Positions 9,947-18,541 of a DNA stretch of 64,000 nt are shown one piece after another. Where the stretch lies: the NCBI GenBank assembly GCA_944321185.1, contig CALUKH010000001.1, positions 54,896 to 118,895 of the forward strand, written 5' to 3'. The position numbers and the translations under genes were made by a program. Each line of letters opens with the position of its first letter. Positions within the stretch are counted from its first letter, which is position 1. Origin of the DNA: an uncultured Alistipes sp. (lineage in GTDB: Bacteria; Bacteroidota; Bacteroidia; Bacteroidales; Rikenellaceae). Below the pieces are notes generated by a model. It saw only the letters and a program-made list of their open reading frames with translations, made no database searches and was not told where the DNA came from.

Positions 9947-10540
9947 TTAAACTTTCAGGCATGCGTCGATGAAATCGAGAATTTCGTCGCGTCCGAGGCC
10001 CTGTTCGGAGGAGCTGACCAGCATGGGCGGAAGCTCCTCCCACTGTTCGGCCAGAGCCGTGCGGAAACGGCCGATACTCTTTTCACGCTGAGCCTTGGAG
10101 AGTTTGTCGGCCTTGGTGAAGATGATGCCGAAGGGGATGCCGTTCTGGCCGAGCATCTCGATGAAACGCAGGTCGATGCGCTGGGGTTCGAGGCGGATGT
10201 CGACCAGGACGAAGAGGTAGTGGAGGCGTTCGCAGTGCAGGACGTAGTCGGTGATGATGCGTGAGAATTCGCCGCGCTGGACCTTCGACGTGCGGGCGTA
10301 ACCGTAGCCCGGCAGGTCGACCAGATACCACGCGTCGTTGATTCGGAAGTGGTTGATCAACCGGGTTTTACCGGGTGTTCCGGAGACTTTGGCCAGCCCC
10401 TGACGGCCGGTCAGCAGGTTGATCAGCGACGATTTGCCGACGTTGCTGCGCCCGATGAAGGCGATGTCGGGGAGGTTGTCTTTCGGCACCTGGGAGATTC
10501 GCTCCGACGAGCATTTGAATTCGGCTTTCGAGATTTGCAT
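9947..10540 (-). CDS. yihA: Ribosome biogenesis GTPase YihA/YsxC (EngB)
   Basis: ATG at 10540; GRSNVGKSS, PGKT, DLPGYGYA, TKADK motifs. Confidence 0.96.
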   Translation of the reverse strand: MQISKAEFKCSSERISQVPKDNLPDIAFIGRSNVGKSSLINLLTGRQGLAKVSGTPGKTRLINHFRINDAWYLVDLPGYGYARTSKVQRGEFSRIITDYVLHCERLHYLFVLVDIRLEPQRIDLRFIEMLGQNGIPFGIIFTKADKLSKAQREKSIGRFRTALAEQWEELPPMLVSSSEQGLGRDEILDFIDACLKV

Positions 10541-10557
10541 CGGTCCGGTTTTTTCGG

Positions 10558-10565
10558 CAAAGATA
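10558..10565 (-). promoter_or_regulatory. Bacteroidota -7 promoter element for yihA
   Basis: TATCTTTG on minus strand, 17 nt upstream of ATG. Confidence 0.7.
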
Positions 10566-10788
10566 GTGTTTATGGGGAGGATCACCAAATTTCGGGCCGG
10601 GCTGCCGGGACTGCCGGTCGAGGTCTTCGTGACGGTCGGGATTGTCGGCGATGCCGGGGCCGGCTGGAACGTGCGGGCTATCCGGTGCATGCAATCGGGC
10701 TGGGACCGTCGAAGTTGGGAGAGCCGGGTTGCCGGGGCTGCCGGACGGTTGGAGTGTTGAGGCCGTTGAAGCGGAGGGCCGGTCGGGG

Positions 10789-12279
10789 TCAGCGATGACG
10801 GGGGTATTTGTTGTTGAAGCGGTATCCGACGCCGAGCATCAGGAAGTTGGGCATGTGAAAGTCGCGCAGGCTGTATCCGATGTGGAGGTACGAATTGCGG
10901 GTCACGGCCACCTTCAGGGCCAGAATCTGGTAGAACGAGCGCAGGTCGCCGCCCTTGTGCAGAACGTTGACACCCAGTCCGATCCCGATGTTGAAGTAGG
11001 GCATGACGAATTCGGCGCGTGCCGAGAGGCCGAGGGCGACCTGGCGGATGAACTCCGGATCGGAGGTTTTCAGGTCGTCGATCGTATGGATCGTCTCGGA
11101 CGAACTGGCCGAGATGACGTTTGCACTGCCGTCGTAGACGCCGTCGAGCGAGACGCCGGCGCGGAACTTGTAGCCGAAGTTGTACATCGGGGCGAAGTTG
11201 AATCCCACGACGGTATAGGCATCGGGGGCGGCATACTGTTTGCCGTCGATCTCGACGCCGCGCCGGCGCCACGATCCGAAGAGCGTCAGGTCGTAGCTCA
11301 CGTGGCGCGGGAAGGCGGGGCCGATCGTACGCGGGGTGGTTTCCGGAGAGAGCCGTCCGAAATTGTAGGCCAGTCCGATGCGGCCGCCGATCGAGTTGAG
11401 CCCCGCATTGGGGTATTTGGTGTTTCCGTTCGAGAAGTGGGTGAGGGCGATACCGGCCGAGAGGTCCACTTCGCGCATGATGCGCCATTTGAGCAGCAGG
11501 TCGACGTTGAGGTAGGCATTGACCTTCGAGCCCATCATTTTGTTGTTGGGGTTCGTGTCGAAGTCGTAGGGGACCCACCCGAATGAAAGTCCGAAATTCC
11601 ATTCGTAGTCGAACGTCAGCCGCGGGGCCAGACGGGCGATGCGGGCTCCCTGGAAGAGGTACACGGCGACGGGATTGCCCAGTTCGTCGGGGCGTTGGAA
11701 ATCGTAGTAGGCGATGCCGAGGCCCTGGTAGGCGCCGCCGTAGATGCGGTCGGGGGTCGAGCCGGGGCGGAACTGGAACGAGTAGCGGAAGTGGCCCGAG
11801 AGGGAGAGATCGATGGGTTGTCCCGTGCGGTTTTCGCCTTCGAGGAAGGGATTGGTGGGGAAGATGTACTCGGGGCGGAATTCGGCGCTCAGTCGGTGCA
11901 TGAAGCGACGTCCGGAGGCGTCCGAGCGGGTGTCGGGGCCGAAGGGATTCGTGTCCGTACGGCCGGTTGCCGGTTTTGCTTCGAATCCGGTTGAGCCTGC
12001 GGACTGATGGCCGGAGGACAGTCCGGTTCGGCGGTTGGTTGGGGTTTGGGTTCGGCGTGAGGCTTCGGATTCCTTCTGCCGGTGCGAGGTGGCTGCCGCC
12101 TGTCGGCCGGCCGCATAACCGGCTTTGTAACCGGCCTGGTATCCGGTCTCGTAGCTGTTCCGATCGACGTCGAGCGAATCGCATACCGCGGCGGGGGATT
12201 GGGCCTGTAAAGCCTGTGTGCCGAGGGTCATGGATCCGGCAAGGAGCAGCGGCAGAAGGATTTGCAGGTGACGATTCAT
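10789..12279 (-). CDS. Outer-membrane beta-barrel, acyloxyacyl hydrolase/PagL-like family
   Basis: Signal peptide from ATG 12279; amphipathic beta strands; THFSNGNTKYPNAGLN (PagL-like HxSN motif); ends GVGYRF; low-complexity N-terminal region. Confidence 0.75.
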   Translation of the reverse strand: MNRHLQILLPLLLAGSMTLGTQALQAQSPAAVCDSLDVDRNSYETGYQAGYKAGYAAGRQAAATSHRQKESEASRRTQTPTNRRTGLSSGHQSAGSTGFEAKPATGRTDTNPFGPDTRSDASGRRFMHRLSAEFRPEYIFPTNPFLEGENRTGQPIDLSLSGHFRYSFQFRPGSTPDRIYGGAYQGLGIAYYDFQRPDELGNPVAVYLFQGARIARLAPRLTFDYEWNFGLSFGWVPYDFDTNPNNKMMGSKVNAYLNVDLLLKWRIMREVDLSAGIALTHFSNGNTKYPNAGLNSIGGRIGLAYNFGRLSPETTPRTIGPAFPRHVSYDLTLFGSWRRRGVEIDGKQYAAPDAYTVVGFNFAPMYNFGYKFRAGVSLDGVYDGSANVISASSSETIHTIDDLKTSDPEFIRQVALGLSARAEFVMPYFNIGIGLGVNVLHKGGDLRSFYQILALKVAVTRNSYLHIGYSLRDFHMPNFLMLGVGYRFNNKYPRHR

Positions 12280-12650
12280 GGTTAGCGATTCGATTTTCCC
12301 GCCGAAGTTACGAAAAAATCCGTAATTCGCGCATCTTCGATTCCGAAAACGGCTTCGTCGGGACAAGAAAGGCAAAAGCCCGCTTCCGCAGAAGCAGGCT
12401 TTTTCAGAAGATTCTTTTCAAGGAAGTGGCTTTTTTCACAAATCGGAGAGCTCTTTGCCGGGATCTCGCGCTCCGCCCGGTGCATGTCAAAGTTCGGGGT
12501 CCGTCTTACGGTCTTATTGCCGTTCTCAAGCCCGGTTCCTTCCGGTATCCTTTGATCCTGTCCGATCTCTCTCTGGGCTCTCTCCGATCTCTCCTCGGTC
12601 TCTCCCCGGCCCCGGCCTCGCTCCGATCTCCCTTACCCCCCCCCTCGGGA

Positions 12651-14045
12651 TCAGTAGCCCAGGATGCGGAGCATTGAACGGTAGGACTGCTCCTTGGCGA
12701 ACAGGCGCGTGTAGTATTCGTTGTTGGACTTGTCGCGGTCGATGACGATGTGCTTCGGGGCGGGTATCAGGCAGTGCTGGATGCCGCCGAAGCCGCCGAG
12801 CGACTCCTGGTAGGCTCCCGTGTGGAAGAATCCGATGTATTGGGTGTTGCCGGCCTCGAGTTTGGGCAGGAAGATGGCGTTCGAATGGCATTCGGAGTTG
12901 TAGAAGTCCTCGCTGTCGCAGGTCAGTCCGCCCAGCAGCACACGCTGGTACTCCTTGTCCCAGTTGTTGATGGCCAGCATGATGTAACGCTGGTTGATGC
13001 CCCACGTGTCGGGCAGCGTGGTGATGAACGACGAATCGATCATGTACCAGTTTTCGCGGTCGTTCTGCTGCTTCTGGTTGACGATCGAGTAGAGGACGGC
13101 GCCGCTTTCGCCGACGGTGAATGATCCGAATTCGGTGAAGATGTTCGGTTCTTCGACGCCGTTGCGCTGGCAGATGTTCTTGATCTGGGCGACGATCTCC
13201 TCGGTGAGGTATTCGTAGTCGTATTCGAAGTTGAGCGAGTTCTTGATCGGGAAACCGCCTCCGATGTTCAGGCTGTCGAGTTCGGGGCAGATGGCCTTCA
13301 GCTCGCAGTAGACGTTCATGCACTTCGACAATTCGTTCCAATAGTAGGCCGTGTCCTTGATGCCGGTATTGATGAAGAAGTGCAGCATCTTGAGCTGGAA
13401 CTTCTTGCTGTTCTTGAGTTTCGACTTGTAGAACGAGACGATGTCGTTGTATCGGATGCCGAGACGCGAGGTGTAGAAGTCGAACTTGGGCTCCTCCTCG
13501 CAGGCGATGCGGATGCCGACCTTGCATTTTTTGGTGAAGGCGTCCTCGAACAGGTCGAGCTCCTCCTTGTTGTCCAGCACGGGGATGGTGTTGGTGAATC
13601 CGTCGTTGACCAGCTGGGCGATGTTTTCGACATACTGCGGGCGTTTGAATCCGTTGCAGATGATGTAACGGTCCTTGTCGATGATGCCGCTGTCGTAGAG
13701 GGCGTTGATGATATGGATGTCGTAGGCCGACGAGGTCTCCAGATGGATGTCGTTCTTCATGGCCTCCTCCAGGACGAAGGAGAAGTGGCTCGACTTGGTG
13801 CAGTAGCAGTAGTTGTAGGAGCCCTTGTAATCGACCTTAGCCATGGCCACGTTGAACATGCGCTTGGCGCGGTTGATCTGCTGGGAGATCTTCGGCAGGT
13901 AGGTGATTTTGAGCGGGGTTCCGTACTGTTTGATGATTTCCATGAGGGGAATGTCGTGGAAATGCAGCTCGTTGTCCTCGACGGAGAACTCATCCTGCGG
14001 GAAGTCGAACGACTGTTCGATCAGGTCGATGTACTTGTCTTTCAT
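12651..14045 (-). CDS. speA: Arginine decarboxylase (fold-type III PLP decarboxylase, short Bacteroidota form)
   Basis: ATG 14045; YCYCTKSS PLP lysine, ICNGFK, NIGGG, GLTCDSED, TGAYQE. Confidence 0.85.
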   Translation of the reverse strand: MKDKYIDLIEQSFDFPQDEFSVEDNELHFHDIPLMEIIKQYGTPLKITYLPKISQQINRAKRMFNVAMAKVDYKGSYNYCYCTKSSHFSFVLEEAMKNDIHLETSSAYDIHIINALYDSGIIDKDRYIICNGFKRPQYVENIAQLVNDGFTNTIPVLDNKEELDLFEDAFTKKCKVGIRIACEEEPKFDFYTSRLGIRYNDIVSFYKSKLKNSKKFQLKMLHFFINTGIKDTAYYWNELSKCMNVYCELKAICPELDSLNIGGGFPIKNSLNFEYDYEYLTEEIVAQIKNICQRNGVEEPNIFTEFGSFTVGESGAVLYSIVNQKQQNDRENWYMIDSSFITTLPDTWGINQRYIMLAINNWDKEYQRVLLGGLTCDSEDFYNSECHSNAIFLPKLEAGNTQYIGFFHTGAYQESLGGFGGIQHCLIPAPKHIVIDRDKSNNEYYTRLFAKEQSYRSMLRILGY

Positions 14046-14229
14046 GTTCGGTTGTGAGGCTTTTCGACAATCCGGCTCGGCTACATTGCGAAATTGGAGT
14101 GAAAGTAGCTCGGTCGGATTTTCCAAAATTTCGCGATGCAAAATAGGCGAATATTTTTCGTATAACCAACACTTTGCCCGATTATTTTGAAAAAGCCCCG
14201 CATATTTTGTTTTTTTCTCTGAAAAAAGG

Positions 14230-14237
14230 TATTTTTG
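14230..14237 (+). promoter_or_regulatory. Bacteroidota -7 promoter element
   Basis: TATTTTTG upstream of GTG 14265 in AT-rich divergent region. Confidence 0.6.
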
Positions 14238-14264
14238 GACCCGGATTCAAAAGCTGTTTAGATT

Positions 14265-15026
14265 GTGTTGATACGTGTTGTAACGCAATATCTGGAGTCG
14301 CACAAACGGCTCGTCATTCCGCAACTCGGAGCCTTCATCGTCAAGGAGCCGGGGCGCAGCGTGGTTTTCTCGGATCTGCTCAAACGCGACGACGGCGTGT
14401 TGCGGGGTCTGCTGCGCGAGCAGGGGGTGAGTGATCTGGAGGCGGCCGGCGAGATCGATCGTCTGGTTTTCGAGGTCCGTCACGCCGTGGAGGCGGGCGA
14501 GGAGTATCGCCTGGAGGGCTTCGGAACCCTGAAGCCCGGACCCAACGCGACGATCGTCTTTCATTACGATCCGCGCCCGGTCATGCCGGCCTCCGAACCG
14601 GTTCATCCGGCCCGGCCTCATACGGAATCGCCCCGTGAGCATGGGGCCGAAACTCCGGAATCGGCAGGGCGCAAGAAGCCGCTGCATTCCGAACGGGTTG
14701 CCGAGGCGGTTCGGACGGCCTTCACCGAGCCTCACGTGTCGCGGTCGGCGAAGATGGAGCCCGATCCTTCGGTCCGAGGGCTTCGCTACGGCAAACCGCC
14801 CAAGAATACGGATGCCTATACGTATGTCGATCGTCCGCCGCGGCGACGTGCCGACTGGTTCATCTGGATCGGGGTTGTGGTGGCGGTTCTGGCCCTGGGA
14901 GCCATTGTTTTCGGGCTTTGGCACGATGCGCGGGAACAGAAGGCCGAGACGGAGATCATCGAATTGCCGACTGGTCCGGAGGAGAGTCTTCCCGACGATA
15001 TGTCTTCAGCATCCGAGGCCGAATAA
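14265..15026 (+). CDS. HU-like (HU-CCDC81-type) domain membrane protein
   Basis: N-terminal YLESHKRLVIPQLGAFIV and LEGFGTL HU-like segments, Pro-rich linker, one TM helix near C-terminus. Confidence 0.65.
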   Translation: MLIRVVTQYLESHKRLVIPQLGAFIVKEPGRSVVFSDLLKRDDGVLRGLLREQGVSDLEAAGEIDRLVFEVRHAVEAGEEYRLEGFGTLKPGPNATIVFHYDPRPVMPASEPVHPARPHTESPREHGAETPESAGRKKPLHSERVAEAVRTAFTEPHVSRSAKMEPDPSVRGLRYGKPPKNTDAYTYVDRPPRRRADWFIWIGVVVAVLALGAIVFGLWHDAREQKAETEIIELPTGPEESLPDDMSSASEAE

Positions 15027-15118
15027 CCGGGGGCGAATAACTGGAGCCGAATAACTGGAGCCGAATAACCGGGGGCCGAGTAATTGGGGCCTGTATAACC
15101 GGGGTTGAATCCTTGGGG
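15018..15118. repeat. Tandem repeat, ~7 x 14-15 bp, first copy contains the stop codon
   Basis: gccgaataacYggR units from 15018, degenerating to the right. Confidence 0.88.
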
Positions 15119-15332
15119 GCGACCGAATCCGAATACCCGGAGGCGGTAAGAACAATGCCCGCTGCCCGGGGCAATAAAACCCGCATACCCCACAACCGCA
15201 CAAGATATGGACAGAATCGGGGACGGATATCGCTCCCCGGGGAATCGATACAGACAGCCCGGAAGGGCCCGTGGAGAATGTGGATCCGATTCGGATCGTT
15301 TTGAAGGATTGAATAGCCCGAACAGACTGAAT

Positions 15333-16643
15333 ATGACAGAAGTAACCACCGTAAAACAACGCTTCGGCATCATTGGCACCTCCCCCCTGCTGGACAGGGC
15401 GCTGGAGGTGGCGCTGCGTGTGGCGCCGACCGACCTGACGGTGCTGGTGACCGGTGAGAGCGGCGTGGGAAAGGAGTTTTTTCCGCAGGTGATCCACGCC
15501 TACTCCTCGCGCAAACACAACAAATACATCGCCGTGAACTGCGCGGCCATCCCCGAGGGGACCATCGATTCCGAACTTTTCGGCCATGAAAAGGGGGCCT
15601 TCACCGGAGCCGTCGAGGCCCGCAAGGGCTACTTCGAGGAGGCCGACGGCGGTACGATCTTCCTCGACGAGGTGGCCGAACTCCCGCATTCGACCCAGGC
15701 ACGGCTGCTGCGTGTGCTGCAGACCGGGGAGTTCATCCGTGTGGGATCGTCGAAGGTTCAGAAGACCAACGTCCGCGTGGTGGCCGCCACGAACGTCAAC
15801 CTGCCGGAGGCCATCTCGGCGGGACGCTTCCGCGAAGACCTCTACTACCGTCTGGCAACGGTGCCCATCACGGTGCCGGCCCTGCGCGAACGCCCCGAGG
15901 ATATTCCGCTGCTGTTCCGCAAGTTTGCGGCCGATGTGGCCGTGCAGTACCGCATGCCGGCCGTGACGCTCGACGATGCGGCACGCGATATGCTGAAGAG
16001 CTACTACTGGCGGGGCAATATCCGTCAGTTGAAGAACGTGGCCGAACAGATCTCGGCCATCGAGCAGGTGCGGGTCATTACGCCCGAGATCCTGGCCAAA
16101 TACCTTCCGCCGCAGGAGGGGACCTCGACCATGGCGGCGGCCGGCGCGCCCCGCATGGAGGGCGACACGATGTCCACCGAACGCGAACTGCTCTACAAGG
16201 TGCTGTTCGACATGCGGGCCGACATCAACGACCTGAAGCGCATGATGGCCGAACTGCTCCGCAACGGGGGCGCGCCGGCCGCCGAACCGCCTCACGACAT
16301 TCGGGGACTGCTGCCGACCTCGACGCAGGGTCGCTACGTCCCGGCGGTCCAGACTCCGGGCGCCTACGGACATCCGTCGGGACCGAATTTCGGACAGCCG
16401 TCGGGCGGCACCTTCGGGCCGATGACGCCTGCCGGTGAAACGCCGGCTCCGGTCTATGCCGAGAGCGAGGAGGTGACCGACGAGCCGCCCCACGAGAAGA
16501 CCAAGGCCGACATGCAGCGCGAACAGATCATCCGGGCGCTGAAGCGCAACAACGGACGCCGGCGCGAAGCCGCTGCCGAACTGTTCATGTCGGAGCGGAC
16601 ACTGTATCGTAAAATCAAGGAGTTGGGCATCGAGGATGTCTGA
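15333..16643 (+). CDS. Sigma-54-interacting AAA+ transcriptional regulator, Fis-type HTH, no receiver domain
   Basis: GESGVGKE, ELFGHEKGAFTGA, FLDEV, FREDLYYRL, GNIRQL, ERTLYRK. Confidence 0.93.
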   Translation: MTEVTTVKQRFGIIGTSPLLDRALEVALRVAPTDLTVLVTGESGVGKEFFPQVIHAYSSRKHNKYIAVNCAAIPEGTIDSELFGHEKGAFTGAVEARKGYFEEADGGTIFLDEVAELPHSTQARLLRVLQTGEFIRVGSSKVQKTNVRVVAATNVNLPEAISAGRFREDLYYRLATVPITVPALRERPEDIPLLFRKFAADVAVQYRMPAVTLDDAARDMLKSYYWRGNIRQLKNVAEQISAIEQVRVITPEILAKYLPPQEGTSTMAAAGAPRMEGDTMSTERELLYKVLFDMRADINDLKRMMAELLRNGGAPAAEPPHDIRGLLPTSTQGRYVPAVQTPGAYGHPSGPNFGQPSGGTFGPMTPAGETPAPVYAESEEVTDEPPHEKTKADMQREQIIRALKRNNGRRREAAAELFMSERTLYRKIKELGIEDV

Positions 16644-16660
16644 CGGCCAAATACCATAAC

Positions 16661-17188
16661 ATGAAAGTACTGAAACGCAGAAATCTGAAATTCATCCTGA
16701 CGGCCGCGGGGCTTTGCCTGCTGACGGCGTGCGGCGTATCGATCAAATATTCGCTGTCGGGGGCCTCGATTCCGCCCGATGCCAAGACCTTCTCGGTGGC
16801 CTACTTCCCGAACAACGCCACGATGGTCTCGCCGATCCTGAGTTCGACGCTCACCGATGCGCTGGTCGACATGTTTTCGCGGCGTACGCGCCTGATGCAG
16901 GTCGACGAGGGGGGCGATTTCGCCTTCGAGGGCGAGATCACGAACTATACCTCGACCACCTCGTCGGTGTCGAGCGACGACTACGCGCTGTTGAACCGCC
17001 TGACGATTACGGTCAAGGTGCGCTTCACGAATGCGCTGGACGAAAAGGCTTCGTGGAACCGGACCTTCTCGGCCTACGAGGATTACGAATCGACGCAGCT
17101 GCTGACCGAGGTCGAGGGGACGCTTATCCCCGAAATCGTCGACAAGATCGTGACGGATATTTTCCAGGCTTCGGCCTCCAACTGGTAG
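16661..17188 (+). CDS. LptE-family lipoprotein
   Basis: Lipobox LTAC; YSLSGASIP; NRLTITVKVRF; ends ...DIFQASASNW; usual Bacteroidota position between sigma54 regulator and secG. Confidence 0.78.
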   Translation: MKVLKRRNLKFILTAAGLCLLTACGVSIKYSLSGASIPPDAKTFSVAYFPNNATMVSPILSSTLTDALVDMFSRRTRLMQVDEGGDFAFEGEITNYTSTTSSVSSDDYALLNRLTITVKVRFTNALDEKASWNRTFSAYEDYESTQLLTEVEGTLIPEIVDKIVTDIFQASASNW

Positions 17189-17192
17189 CGGC

Positions 17193-17669
17193 ATGGGCGA
17201 ACTGAAGGAGTTTCTTTCCGGGGCCGTTGCCGCACGGGGCGGTTTGGATGCGGCCGTGATGGCTGCGCCGTGGTTCATGCCGCTGCGCGTGATGCGTGAA
17301 GTGGCGATGCAGGTGCCCGATCCGCTGGTGAGGATGCTGGCGCCGTGGCGTGCGGAGAGCTCGTTGCGACGCGACGAGGTGGATGCCGCCGCGCTGACGA
17401 AACGCTCCTCGGAGGAGATCATCGATACGTTCCTTCAGGAGCGTGATCTGCGGATCGTGGCCCGCGAGGATGCACCCGACGTGGAGGTCCGTCTGCAGCC
17501 CGAACTGGACGAGGACGACGAGATTGTCAGCGAGGAACTTGCCCGAATCTATCTGGCGCAGGGGCTTCGCGAGCGTGCCGCAGCGATTTATCGCAAATTA
17601 AGTTTGCTAAATCCCGAAAAAAGTGTTTACTTTGCCGAGCTGATTCGCAACATAGAGAACAATAATTAA
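17193..17669 (+). CDS. Conserved hypothetical protein with C-terminal TPR-like motif
   Basis: SEELARIYLAQG...IYRKLSLLNPEKSVYFA, typical of the Bacteroidota gene preceding secG. Confidence 0.75.
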   Translation: MGELKEFLSGAVAARGGLDAAVMAAPWFMPLRVMREVAMQVPDPLVRMLAPWRAESSLRRDEVDAAALTKRSSEEIIDTFLQERDLRIVAREDAPDVEVRLQPELDEDDEIVSEELARIYLAQGLRERAAAIYRKLSLLNPEKSVYFAELIRNIENNN

Positions 17670-17680
17670 AAATTTACGAT

Positions 17681-18061
17681 ATGTTATACACGATTTGCAT
17701 TGCACTGATCCTTGTAGCGAGTGTTCTGGTCATCCTCGCCGTGTTGGTGCAGAATCCCAAGAGCGGTATGGCCGCGAACTTCGGAGCTTCGAACCAGGTG
17801 ATGGGCGTCCGGGAGACGACGAATTTCCTGGAGAAGTTCACGTGGGCGATGGCTATTGCCATTGTGGTATTGAGCCTGGTGGCAACGATGGCCATGGATC
17901 GTTCGAAGGTTGCGGAGAGCAATTCGGAGATTGCCAAGGATGCCAAGGCTCTTCAGGAGCGCGTGCTTGAGACGGAGGCCGCCATGCCTCAGGCCGAGAT
18001 TCCGGCCGCCGAGCAGCCTGCCACGGAGGCTCCGGCCGAACAGCCTGCCGACGCCCAGTAA
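17681..18061 (+). CDS. secG: Preprotein translocase subunit SecG
   Basis: Two TM helices, VLVQNPKSG, FGASNQVMGVRETTNFLEKFTW. Confidence 0.93.
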   Translation: MLYTICIALILVASVLVILAVLVQNPKSGMAANFGASNQVMGVRETTNFLEKFTWAMAIAIVVLSLVATMAMDRSKVAESNSEIAKDAKALQERVLETEAAMPQAEIPAAEQPATEAPAEQPADAQ

Positions 18062-18305
18062 CCGGGGCCGCGGGGGAGCCGCAGAAGAGCCGGGGACCGC
18101 ACGGACTAGAGACCGAGAGTAACCGGGGCCGCAGAGAAGCCAAGGGCCGCACGAGAGGTCAGGGCTGCATAGAACTCGGGGGCCGCACGAGGGACCAGGG
18201 GGCAAGAGTAACCGGGAGCCGCGGGGTCAAGAGTAACCGGGGCCGCAGGGTCCGGAATCGAACCAGGCCGCAGAGACCGTGAGTAATCGGGACCGGGGAC
18301 CACAG
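18057..18305. repeat. Degenerate repeat array (agtaaccggggccgc core) starting at the secG stop codon
   Basis: agtaaccgg(g/ga)gccgc at ~18057, 18118, 18207, 18232 and a variant at 18282, with shorter gggccgca units in between. Confidence 0.8.
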
Positions 18306-18376
18306 CGGCATAAAAGAACCCGAATTGGGGAAACTCCGGGAAACTCCGGGAAACGAAACGTTCTCAGTATTGAATC

Positions 18377-18410
18377 AAAAAAGATCGTGGAAAACCCACG
18401 ATCTTTTTTT
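18377..18410 (+). terminator. Intrinsic terminator after secG
   Basis: aaaaaagatcgtgg-aaaac-ccacgatcttttttt. Confidence 0.88.
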
Positions 18411-18499
18411 GTGTACATCCGGAGCCGAATCCGCAGCCGTGATACCCTCCACGCATGAAAAATGCCGAATCCCGTGAACCATTGTCGCCGAATCCTTGT

Positions 18500-18507
18500 T
18501 ACCTTTG
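18500..18507 (+). promoter_or_regulatory. Bacteroidota -7 promoter element for GH3 gene
   Basis: TACCTTTG 34 nt upstream of ATG 18542. Confidence 0.65.
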
Positions 18508-18541
18508 TTCTCGACTACGAATCAAACCAGCCTTATCATCC

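Noticed and set aside
9947-12184. 745-aa ORF as a long YihA fusion (likewise extended ORFs for rfbB, rfbC, DUF2975, glycerate kinase)
   Set aside because: Upstream parts are off-frame overlaps of neighbouring genes; internal ATGs with family N-termini give normal-length proteins
15333-16643. Sigma-54 activator lacking a sensory domain as a novelty
   Set aside because: This architecture next to lptE and secG is a common Bacteroidota arrangement
18057-18305. Repeat-spacer-like pattern as a possible CRISPR array
   Set aside because: Core only ~15 bp, irregular spacing, 'spacers' are themselves degenerate repeats, no cas genes in window
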